DNA of 64,000 nucleotides from Basidiobolus meristosporus CBS 931.73 (lineage: Eukaryota; Fungi; Basidiobolomycota), in NCBI GenBank assembly GCA_002104905.1, contig MCFE01000278.1, positions 1 to 64,000 of the forward strand. Direction: 5' to 3'. The position numbers and the translations under genes were made by a program. The notes beneath the pieces were generated by a model, which saw only the letters and a list, made by a program, of their open reading frames with translations, did not search any database and was not told where the DNA came from. Positions 35,631 through 47,700 of this stretch are shown here, piece by piece; position 1 is the first letter of the stretch; every line of letters starts with the position of its first letter.

Positions 35631-36698
35631 TGTGGTGGTGTCTAAGTCCAAAGGAGAGATATGTCCAACACTTCTCAAGTGTTTTGTGTGTGGGATGCTC
35701 ACTGGATGCAACAACCTCTGAAAAAGCTTGCTAGGAATACTTGGGTTCTGTCTCTAATCTGATATGATGGGAAATATAGCCCCAAGCTTGTCAAGGGGAA
35801 ACTATTGAGCTACAATCCCCAGCTCAGTGGGCATCTTAACAAAAGTATGTGCTAGGCTCATCATTCTTTGAGAAGACAATGTACTAAAGCTTACAAAGTT
35901 AAGCAACTGTAAGCTCTACCAGCAGGGACTTGATGAGAATGCCGCTGTAGTCAATAGTTACAAAGAGAGAAAAGTATGTTTGCCAGTACAAGAACAAACT
36001 TGGGAAAGAATCAAATATACTAAAAGCTGCCTACTCTGAGTATTCCTCACAAGTAGTGCCTTCAAGGTCAGTTGGCTTTCAGTGCAGCTTCTTGGGAGTG
36101 TCCTGCAGTCTGGGAATGGAAGTTCTGGTAGCAGAAAGTAGTAGTGATCACACTCATCAATATGTTGGTATGCTGATAAAAGAAACAATGATATATTGTT
36201 TAGGGATTGCCTCCCTTATATACTTTTCTCACTGGCAAAGTGATTACTAATCCAAGTGTTTAAAAGGATCTGGTGGACAAATAGAAATCTTGATGACATC
36301 AGAATGAGCTAAGAATGTTCTAAGTTGGTGCCAGAAGGATCTAAGAGGCACAGTACACCCAACCAATCAGGGACCAGTATTCTGAAACCTGTGTACCATA
36401 GGGATACCATAAATGGTTTAAAGATGAGAGGGAGGGTGGCATTGCTTAGTCATGTGTGATGGTGCTATTGTGGATACCTGCCTAATATAGAAGCACTTAC
36501 ATCAAGTAATCTTACATCAAGTGAGGGACAACTTGTGCAATAAGGTAAGCAGGTGTGATAGTGAGCTGGATTATGGGATAGCACTGATCAAGTAACACAA
36601 ATGGGATAAAACTAATTTAAGGTTGGTAGAAAAATAGGGAAGTAGAAAATATGGGAATGAGCACATCTGTCAGAGGGTGTTACTGTAACCCCATTACA
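35631..36698 (-). mobile_element. Complete L-family solo LTR (1068 bp)
   Basis: TGTAATGGGG...ACACCACCACA with a 4-bp TSD ATGG/ATGA. Confidence 0.8.
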
Positions 36699-38102
36699 AT
36701 GATGGTTGGGTAATTGTATGGCCAAATAAAGTTAAAATACACTATGGTGTTTGTGCAGTGTTTGCCAAGGGTGGTATGGCATTGTTGCAGTCTTAGTGCA
36801 CTCTATAATATTTCTGGTGGATCTAACCTACCACTACATCCAACTGCTGTTATGGCAAAAAACCTCACAGCATCTTGAAAGCCTTGTTGCAGGCATTTAG
36901 TGGCATTAATAGAGCAGTATGGCAGCCTACAGCTAGTTCTGTATCATGCCACAATACCAATTTACCAAATGGTATTTCCTTTTTCTACCTCCCCTTATGC
37001 AGTTTTTATATACCACTGTAGATTCACCCATCTTTAATTGCTTACCTACTACTTCCTAGGGTATTCCTCATATAGTTCAAAAACACTATGACCTCCTGCT
37101 TACTAACCTCTACAAATGGACACTCCTGCCACAATTAACATACTTCTATTAACTCAACTTTACGGCTTTTTAGTGTGATACTTGCAAAGTTGCCATATAC
37201 CTTGTATTGCTGGTAACATATACATCTTGCAAACATATGCCTAGTGGACCCTGCTTCTGCCATGAATACCTCCTAAACATTTGCAAAGAGCTTTGGGGTA
37301 TTTAGCCAAGATATTCCTTCTCCCTGATGGATTCTAGTCCCCCTTGTTGGTGTGCTATGGTACTTGTTGGGTGAATTCTATATTGCATGGTGTAGAAATG
37401 GACTTGTGACCAAGAGGAACCTGATATACTCTGGTATAGTTCTTATAGTCTATATTAGTTGCTTATTGCACCCAACCCAACTTTGCATCACTAAACTGAT
37501 TACCCAAGCATTAGGGCGGCTTATCTTCTTAATGCCATAAGCATGGATATCTTCATATGTGCATCTGTCCTCAGTATTCTCCAACTCTTCCTGGCAGTCC
37601 TCTGTGTGCCAACTCATCACATCCATAACAGACTTCAAGGTATTTTTCCTCTATGAAAAATTATTGAGATGATCCCATCAAAAGACCATCACAAAGTGGA
37701 AGTCCCGTGACTAGGAGGTACTGATCTTGTCATGACACTGTCCAGAGACCATTGACAAATAATTGCACCCCTGATTTTACAAAAAACTTAGTCAAAGTTT
37801 TTCATCACTACAATGTATAAGTGGCTTTTGATTGGTTCCCTGCCAATTTGCTCACTTACTGATCCCAGACACTCTATTGCCTCCTACGTTTGTGTGAATT
37901 GATTGGCTTTTGCCTCTTTCTCACACTCCTTACTTCCTGACTCAACCATTTCTCTTACTTTTCATGCGTAAAAATTGATTTATTGCCATTACAACTTCAG
38001 TTGTACCTCAATTGCCAATTTTATTGACCTATACAAGTCCCTATACCCTACACTAACATTAAGCCCAGCCCCACACTCAACAAGTAACTCCATTGAAATC
38101 CA

Positions 38103-39900
38103 CTACTTAATAAGTATTTCTACTCTAACTCTCTGGTTCTGCAACTTTGGCGGGAACCCAACAGCCTTGTGCCACTGTTCATTCACTGGTTCCCACACAT
38201 CCTGGTCTTCAGCTGGCACTGCAAGGTCTAGCTCCTCATCTGCCTGTCTTTGCAATAAGTCCTTGCAACATTCCAGTGTGTTTTCTTGAGCACTGCTCTT
38301 GAAGAAGTGCTGCAACCTCTTTGTATACCTATTGATGTTCCGAAACTCCACTGAAGGCATTTTGATAGTCTTTTGAGCTCTTGACATTGTAGCCTTGTCT
38401 GTCAGTGGGATCTCCACTCTGCTAACAATGGAGGCTGTGGAGGCTGTGGTTGCTGTGGTAGACAAGTAGCCTTTTTCAGCAAACTCATTGACCTTGCTGG
38501 AGTGTAGCTCAACTGGCTGTGCTTCCAACTCTAGTGAAACCAGCTGCTTTCTTGTTGGTAATTCTTCTTGGCTATGATAGAACTCAGTCTGTTCCAGGCT
38601 TGCGGCATCAATTGGCAAGAACTGCAGTTTTTTTGCATGCCCCCCTGTCTCAGGCTTGGGTATACATTTTTCCCTTTGCCTTTTCCTTTATCACTGCCAG
38701 GCCTTTCACTGTTACTTTGTCTGAGTGCTTCTTGTAAAGAACTACATTTTCTCCCAGATAAATACTGCCCTGACCCATCTGTTCTGGCCTGCTTGTCCCT
38801 TGCTGGCCCTCTTCTGGCAACCTGACATTTCTTGTCAGCTTGCTTTGCGCTCTCAACTGTAGTTGTGTCAGGCTCCTGTAAAAGCAGCTGGCTTTTATCA
38901 CTGCCAGGTCCTTTACTGCTACTTTGACTAGGTGCTTCTTGAGTGGTACTATGCTTTTTCCTTGATAAATGCTGTGCTGGTGCATCAATGTCTGCCTGCT
39001 TGTCCCTAATTGGCACTCTTCCAGCTGCCTGACATCTCTTTGACTCTTGTCTGGAGCTTTCAGCCCTGCTTGTAGCGGGCTCTTGAGGAAGCTGCTGGTT
39101 TTTAGACATGGCACTCTTGTTCTTCTGCCCTTGATAGTTTCTGCTATTCTTGAGGTACCTTCTTAGCATACCAATACTGGCTCAAAATCTGTTTACCTGT
39201 ATGAATCCAGGATAATGCTCATGGAACAAGCCAAGTGCATTCTGCTTGGCCTTGAGTTCCTGATGGTCCCATGGTATGCCGGCCTTAGGGTGATGGTGTG
39301 CTAGACTTCTGATGGCCTCTTGTATATTGGCCCATGCTTCATTATTGCAATGAACAGCCCCACAGATCTTCAATGTCTTTTGATTTTCAGGCTTTAGTAT
39401 AAACACCACATTATCTCCCTCCCACAATGTGATAGGCTTATCTGTGAGCTTTATCTTTGGGCACTGTTATTGTGCTTCAAAGACTGTATGGTGTTTCTCT
39501 GCTGTTACATCAGTAAATGGCTCAATTCTTGGCTGTGACACTGATCTACTTGAGTTCTTTGTTTGCAGCAAAGATACTGCTTTCTCTACCTGCAATACTG
39601 ATTGCTCTACACATATTATCCACTCATCCTGTTTCTGGACTATTTCCTGATTTTTCTGGGCCTTTGCATCTATCCTAACACCCACTGCATATAATTGCTT
39701 CATTAATGCTTTGGTATGAGCTGACAATATATTACTAATATGGGTGGTTGTGTTGTTATCATGGCCACTTGCCAATCTTCAACTGAGGGTACTGCGTTTG
39801 ATACATTCTCATCTGCCTGAGCATAACAATCAGCTTGTGGCTCTGCAGAGGTTCTCAATTGCCTACTTAACTGAGAGCTTGAGGAGTCTGCATTATTACC
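38103..39900 (-). pseudogene. CACTA accessory ORF2 of unknown function
   Basis: Fragments MASGHDNN..., KICGAVHCNNEAWANIQEAIRSL..WDHQELKAKQNAL..HYPGF and MLRRYLKNSRNY recur at 25.1-26.8 kb, 52.1-53.7 kb and 18.4-19.6 kb. Confidence 0.7.
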
Positions 39901-40299
39901 TTAAATGGGCACACTGTCCACAGGGCCTTTTTTGGATGTAGCCCTGCTTGTTGCACTGAATGTCAAACCAAGCTGTTGTCTAACCATTCTTATGTTGCTG
40001 TCAGCAGTGGGGTTTGGTTGAGAGCCAGACAACTTGGCTTCATGTTTTAGTGGCATATATATGGAAGTGAGTCAAACCAAAGGGAAAATAGTGTTACATA
40101 TACATGTGTATGTGGTGCCACAAATTTATTTATAATGCTTACTATAGTGTTTGCGCTGTTGAAGGTCAAACTGTTTGCCCCACGGACAAGACTACTTTGA
40201 CTCAACACCGTAAGAGAATACAAAAAAGACCATGTGGCTATTGTAGCAAGCCTCTCAACCATGAAGCACACAGACAGCATAGGAAGAGTTACTAGGATC

Positions 40300-42950
40300 A
40301 TGGCCAGTGTTTTGCCACCCAAGTCATATTTGACCATTCATTGGTCACACTGTACCAACATTATCTTGCCGGCCAGTTGATATTTCTATATTGGCACCTG
40401 GCCATCTTTGTCACCTTGCGCAAACTGAGTCAGGAGAGTTTGTGATGCCTTTAGGCTCACCTCAGCCTTTTGAATATGGCATGCAGAGTGATAGCTCTGA
40501 TAATGAAGGTCACTGATGGATTTTGAGCCTATCTCCCCTAGCAAATGTAACACATATGAGCCTGGTCAAATCCCTCTATGCAATGGGACAACACCCATTG
40601 ACACAAATGCCAAGAATACTTTATGGAGCCAAGTGAGCCCAGTAATCCATCTACTGGTGAATGATGTAATGTTGTGGGTAGCAAAGTGGCATGTTTCCAC
40701 TAATATCAGTAATAGGGGATTTGAGGATTTATTACTACTTCTTGCCAAAATCATACTGGGATGCAACTCACCAAGTACATGGTGCAAGTGGACAACCATC
40801 ATGTGGCTGGCAACATATAATCCAGTGACTGTCCTGATTCCAGCATGTGTTAACAGTTGCATGGCATTCACATCCAAAAATGCAACCATTGCAATGTGTC
40901 CAAATTGTCAGGAATCCACCATCATTGAGGGAAACATTGTTACACTCCGGATATATTCCAGTCATATCCTGTCTGAGGAAGCTGATGCAGTCCAACAAAT
41001 ATTGCAAAGCTGTACAGTACCACACTCAGTAACAATCAAGTGCAAACATATCCAATATATTTGATGGGAAACATTACAAACAGCTAAGAAGCAAGGGCTA
41101 CTTTGAAGGTATGTATGACCATGCCTTTGCTTTAGCACTTGATGGATTCTCATTAAACAAGTACTCTACCAGCAAATCCTGCTGACCACTAATTATCATC
41201 AATCTGAATCTGCCGCCCATCATACAGTATCAGAGCAATAATCTGATGGTAGTCTCACTGGTATCTGGGCCAAAATCCCTGTCTAACCTGGATAGCTACC
41301 AGTATCCATTGCTGGATGAGTTTTGTATGCTTTCCAGCGGGATAATGGTAAATGGCCATTATGTAAAAGCAGATATTATTATCTGCATTGGGGATACCCC
41401 AGCCATCAGCAAGATAGCAGGTTTTTCCAGGCACAATAGACGGTATTGCTGTCAAATGTGTGAGATCCAGGGGATTTACTCTAAAACTCACACACATTAT
41501 TATTACTCAAACACCAGCACTAAGAACATCATCTCTCCACAGAGAGAATATACAGAAGTAAGCATGCAATTGCAACAATGTTGGCAAGCTATTAGCCATT
41601 GGCTGGAATATGGGATCAATTGGAAACTGGAGATACTTAAGATACAGGGTATATGTTGAAGCAAAAGCTTTCCACTGGGAGCAATGCATTTGCGTTTCAA
41701 CAATATCCCTATACTAATGACCAAGTTGTACATGGGGCATTTCAAGCTAAATGAGTCCTTTGAGATACCGCAAAAATTTGAAAGAATGGCAAGATATTAC
41801 AGAGTATATGCTACCCTAAGTACTTTTCATGTGCTCCAATTAATATTCATATGCATGTGCAACAATACAAATGCAAAGGCTGGATGAACTGGATATGTAT
41901 TTATTCAAGTAGTGTTCTGAAGCTATTCCTACCAAGAGTACACTGGAAGCATTGGGAGTCATATGTGGACATTGTAGGAAAATTTATCCACAAGCGGATC
42001 ACAAATGCCAACTTGACACATCTACAGCTGTTGTGTGAGGAGTTTGTAATGGGATTTGAGCGGCTATACTACAAACATAAAGCTGAACATGTAGATCTCT
42101 GCCGCTACTGCATCCATTCTCTACTCCATCTTGCATGGTGTGTGGAGAATATTGGGCCTTGCTCCACCTTTTTGGGAGTTTCCTATGGAGCAGATGTGTG
42201 GGGAGATAGGAAGACAAGTCAAGTTGCAGATATTACCATATCCCAATCTCATCAAGAATATTACCTTCAAGTCCGTCATGGATGTGATGAGTTGGTACAT
42301 AGAAGACAGCCAGAAACTGTTGGAAAATACTGAGGACAAATGTACATATGGAGACACCTATGCCTATAGTATTAAGAAGCTTAGCAGCCCCAATGCATGG
42401 GTAATCAGTTAAGTAATGCCAAGTTGGGTTGTGTGCAACAAGTAACTAATTTTTATCAGGAAAACTCCACCACAATATTGCCGGATTTATTGTGGTCACA
42501 AGCCAACTTCTACACCATTCAATATGGAATTCGCACAAACAAAAGCCAGAACACAGCCACAAGGGGGACTAGAGTCCAGCAGGGAGGAAGAATATATTGG
42601 CCAAATACCAAGAAGTTCTTTGCAGATATTCCGGAGGTATTCATGGCTGAAATGGCAACAACCAACCATATGTTTGCAAGATGTATATGTTACCAGCAGT
42701 ACAGGGTATATGGCAACTTTGCAAGTATCACACTACAAAGCTGTAAAGTTGAGGTGATAGATGTATGTCAATTACAGCAGGTGTGCATGTTTGTAGAGGT
42801 CAGGAAGCAACAGGCCATAGTTCTGTTTGATTCAAACTATATGTGGAATACTCAAAATAGTAGTGGGTAAGCAAATAAAGAAAGGTGACTCTACAGTGGA
42901 ATACATGAATTGCACAAGGGGAGGTAGAAAAAGGAAACACCATTTGGTAA
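40300..42950 (+). pseudogene. TNP2-family (Transposase_21-like) transposase
   Basis: CVNSCMAF, YIP, NIFDGKHY, ALDGF, NLNLPP, GPKSLSNLDSY.YPLLDE, GDTPAISK, FERLYY, CIHSLLHL and WEFPMEQMCG. Several stops and frameshifts. Confidence 0.85.
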
Positions 42951-44717
42951 ATTGGTACGGTAGCATTATACAGAACCATTGGTAGGCCGTCATACTGCAA
43001 ATATAATGCCATCAGAGTCTTACTGTGAGGCCATCACACTGCCAAAATAATGCCATCAGAGTCTTGCTGTGAGGCCGTCAAAATATCATCAAGTCTCTTG
43101 CCATATAAGGCAATTAAATGTCCTGGCCAACTGGATTTACTTGAAAAAGTTATAGAGAGCTGAAAGACCGCAACAATACCATGCAAATATTGTTACAGCA
43201 CCAATAAAATATTGTCAAGTTTTATCCCTTTATTTGGCTGTAAAATTAGCAAAACACCCTCATGATCTTGTGATAAGTTCATTAGGAGGGTCACTAATTC
43301 CAAGCTGCTGCTATTATGATGGTCTCTAAACAGGATATTGATGGCAGATCCGGATCAGATTCACTTGTGAGACCAATTTATTTTTTATAGGGATTCTTGA
43401 TAAGACTGGGATATTGTAGAACCTGCAACTGGACTTCTCTTCCTACCTCCCCAGACATCTGCTCCATAGGAAATTCCCAAAAGGTGAAGTAAGGTTCAAT
43501 ATTCTCAACACACCCAGCAAGATGGAGTAGAGAATGGATATAATAGCCGCAGTGATCTACACCTTCAGCTTTATGCTTATAGTATAGCCAATTGAGTTCT
43601 GTTGCAATTCTTTGCACAATAGCTGTAAGTGTCAAGTTGGCATTGGTGATCTGCTTCTGCATAAATATTCCAATAATGCCCACATATGACTCCCAATGCT
43701 TTCAATATACTCTTGGTAGAGATGACTTTGGAAGGCCACTTGAATAAATACATATCCAGTTCATCCAGTCCATGAACTTGTATTGTTGCACTTATATTTA
43801 TATATAATGTTTATGAATGTTGATTAAAGATTGTGAGAAGTACTTTTGGTAGCAGATACTCTGTAATATCTTGCCAATTCTTTCAGATTTCTCCAGTATT
43901 GCAAGGGACTCATTTTGCTTGAAATGCCCTACTTACAACTTGGTTATCAGTATTGTGATATTGTTGAAAAGCCAATGCATTACTCCAGTGAAAAGCTTTT
44001 GATCCTACAGATACCATTTATCTTAAGTGTCTCCAGTTTCTAATTATTTCCACATTCTGGCTGATGGCTTATAGCTTGCCAAATTAGATGTAATTGCTTG
44101 CAGACTTCTGTATGTTCTTGCTATAGAAAGACAATGTTCTTAGTGTTGGTGTTTGGGTAATAATAATGTGTGTGAGTTATGAAGCAAGTCCCCTGGATCT
44201 CACATATTCAACAGCAATATTATCCATTGTGCCCAAAAAAGCCAGCTATCTTGCTGATGGCTGGGGTATCTCCAATGCAGATAACAATATACACTTTGAC
44301 TTGATAGCCATTTACCATTATCCTGCTGGAAAGCATAGAAAATTCATTCAGCATTGGATACAGGCAGTTATCCAGGTTGGATGTATTGTGTGGTTTTATG
44401 AGTAGATTGGGGCTTGTTCTACAATGTAGAGGCTAACCAACATTATACAACAACCTCCAATATGCTAATATTGAAATAGCTTATTGGGAGCCTCACTTTT
44501 ATTTTCAACTGGGGAAGTCATATATCTGAAAATTCTGAAGGATCAAAGTTTTTGCGCAATTGAGCAAGCAATACACATGACACAAAGCTAAAAACTTGCA
44601 GTGGTGTAGATCAGACATAGGCTTGCACTTGTAAAAGACATTGCATGATTTGACTGGCTGGTTCAGATGTTACATGCAATCAAAGTCACCAAAGTAATTC
44701 TAGCAATAGAGGCCTAG

Positions 44718-47700
44718 TGTCATGATCACATGACAACCATGAACACCCATGCCAAGTCTCAGCTTCCTAGCTCAATTTCTAAGAGATTCCTTGTGGAACC
44801 TTCTACTACCTTCCAGAAAGTTCCTGACCCTTCCAAACCACTGTTACACAATGGAACATTCCATGGAAGCTTCCCATTGTATTTTTCATAGTCCAGTACC
44901 ATATATGGAAGTACCAGGCCACATGACTTGGTCACATGAACAGGTGACCTAATCCACTTCCCCATCCTGTCTCAGTGCCGTGTCATCTATGTCATTTTCC
45001 CCAGCACCATTGCTGTGCCTCACCCCACAACCCCATTAGTATTAGCCAATATCTCTTGGCATCAGTATAACCAAAAAGTATATATAGTCCTATCCCCCCT
45101 TAGGTATTCCTCAGTCTAATAAACACAGGTCTTGAATAAACAGCCTTGCCTTGAATCCTGCCTTGCCTTGATGGTCCACACCTAAGTCCTTTCCTGCCAT
45201 GCCTAGCTTTTCCTCCTGCCTTGTGTCTATTCATAACAGTTTTATCAGATTCTCCTGACTTACCTGTGGATCCCTGCCTTCTGCCCAAAGTTTGAAGAAA
45301 ACTTGTAAAAGGAATACTCACCGTAAGTATCACCCATCATCTTTCCCTAGTCTTGTCCTACAAAGGCAAAGATACTATATCTTTGTAAAACTATTGGTCA
45401 AAGCTGCATTCACTTTATTACCCTGCTGGTGGAGTTTACAGTTGTTACAGTATTGGAAGCTTTAGTACAATACTCTATCAACGGACGTTGAAACCAGTAC
45501 CTTCTGAAGTGACGCTAACTTATTTAAGTTGGGGATTGTGCCTCAATAGTTGTATTCTTGACATACTAGTGGCTTTACAAACCCACTATCTAGTTTAGTA
45601 TATCCCAGTATTCCTTGCAAGCTCATCTGCCTTCCTCTGCTACCATGTCCAACCTAGAGCTGAACTTTGCCCAGCTCATGGCTGCCTTTACCCAACTGCA
45701 GCAAGACCATGCAGACCTCAGAAACACTCTTGCTCAGTTCCAGAACCAAAGTGTCCAGCAAACTAGCCATGTCCCAGTCCACCAAGAGCCCAAGTATACT
45801 CCTGCTACCAAGTTCAATGGCTCTCAGAATGAACTCCATGGCTTCATCAACATGGTGAAGAACAATCTTGCACTCCAGCCCAACCGGTACCCCACTGAGC
45901 AGGCCAAAGTTGGTTTCATCGCCAACCTGCTTACTGGTACAGCTCTCAAGTGGTTCTCCCCATTAGGGGAGACCAACTCTCCCCTCCTCAGAGACTACCA
46001 AGCTTTTCTCACTGAAATGGAGCTAACATTTGGTAACCTTGACCAAGCCAGAACTGCTGCCAACAAGATCAAGACCCTCAAGCAAGGGAACAAACCAGCA
46101 TGAGTCTATGCCTCAGAATTCCAACAACTCTCCAGTGACCTCAGCTCCTGGGGTCAAGCAGCCTTGATTAGCCAATTCCAAGATGGCTTCAATGATGAAG
46201 TTTGTGTTCTGCTACTCACACTCCCAGATCCAGATACATTGGTTGAAGCTATGCACCAAGCAATCCGGTGTGATAACAGACTATTCCAGAAGAAGCAAAA
46301 GAACTGTCAAAGACACATTCCTGTTGCAGTCCCAGCCCCTCCTGCTCCCCAAGTCACTCCAGAAGATCCTATGCAGATTGATAGTGCCAAATACAAGAAA
46401 CTATCAAAGAGTGAAAAGTCCAGACATCAACAAGCCAACCTCTGTCTATACTGTGGCCAACCAGGTCACTTTGCCAAGTCCTGCCCCAACAAGAAGTCCA
46501 GCTTCAAGCTGATGCAGTCCTCCAGCAACTAACCTGATTCAGATCTGTTGGGAAACTCCAATGTCCAGTTGCACTGACAGGTTTGCAACTGGACCCACCC
46601 ATGAAAATCCAGCATATCCAAGAATCTTCCTTTGCCACAAAATCTATCCAGTCCTTGAGAATACCTGTTAAAATCCAGATCCCTGACTCCAGTCCTGTCC
46701 CAGCCCTAGCGCTGATTGAATCCAATGCTTCATCCTGTCTCATTGACCAAGCCTTTGTCCAGAAACACTCTATTCCTGTTACCTTGAAATCCTGTCCAGT
46801 CCAAGTAGAAGTTATTGATGGAAGATCACTCTCCTCTGGTGCTGTTACCCATGAAACATGCTTACTCCAGCTTTCCAGTACTGCCCACCAAGAAAGAATA
46901 GCCTTCAACATCATCAACTCACCACACTATCCTATTATGCTTGGACGCTTATGGTAGAGCTACCACAATCCAAGTACTGATTAGAAATCCAAGATCCTGT
47001 CATTCACCAGATCCCACCAAGTCAACTCCATAAAATCTCCAGACCCTGATAACTGTGAAAAGACGGTTGGCAACAGTTCAACAGCCCAAGATACCTTGCC
47101 AGCTGAAGGAGCCCCCTCAGCAACTATACCAGCCAAGTACCAAGAGTTTGCCCCTGTCTTTGACAAGAAGAAAGCAGAACTCCTCCCTGACCATTGGCCT
47201 TATGACTGCCCTATTGACCGTGACCGTGGAAAAGTCCCTCCATTTGGCCCAATATACAACCTCTCCCAGCCGGAGTTGAAAGAACTCCATGGTTATATTG
47301 AAGAAAACCTCCAGAAGGGTTTTATTCAGCACTCCAAATCACCTGCTGGAGCCCCAATCCTCTTTGTCAAGAAGAAGGATGGCACACTCAGAATGTGTGT
47401 GGACTACTGTGCTTTGAATAAGATCACAGTCAAGAACCGCTACCCCCTGCCCCTGATCAACACACTGTTGGATCAGCTATATGTTGCCCAAGTCTTCACC
47501 AAGATTGACTTGCAAGGAGCTTACAATCTTGTCAGAATCAAGCCCGGTTATGAATGGAAAACTGCCTTTTGCACAAGATATGGTCACTTTGAGTACAAAG
47601 TAAAGCCATTTGGCCTCACCAATTCCCCTGCTGTGTTTCAACACCTCATGAATGACATATTCCGTGAATACCTTGACCAGTTTGTGGTAATCTACCTTGA

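Larger units (their letters stand above)
37649..43392 (+). mobile_element. Full-length CACTA/EnSpm (CMC) element, two divergent genes
   Basis: Imperfect TIRs C(T)CTATGAAAAA / TTTTTTATAGGG; ORF2 on - (~38100-39900) and TNP2-type transposase on + (~40300-42950). Confidence 0.8.
36900..44395 (-). mobile_element. Host CACTA transposase remnant (36900-37648 + 43393-44395) interrupted by a full-length copy
   Basis: The flanks rejoin as ...LQYPSLIKN|..KSVMDVMSW..., colinear with the uninterrupted copy LPYPNLIKNITFKSVMDVMSW. Confidence 0.8.

Noticed and set aside
37806-37813. CACTACAA as a CACTA terminus
   Set aside because: No matching inverted end; the supported termini are CCCT(A/G)TG at 37649 and 43392.
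42991-43078. 44-bp tandem duplication (two units)
   Set aside because: Simple slippage inside one CACTA copy; no spacers, so not CRISPR-like.
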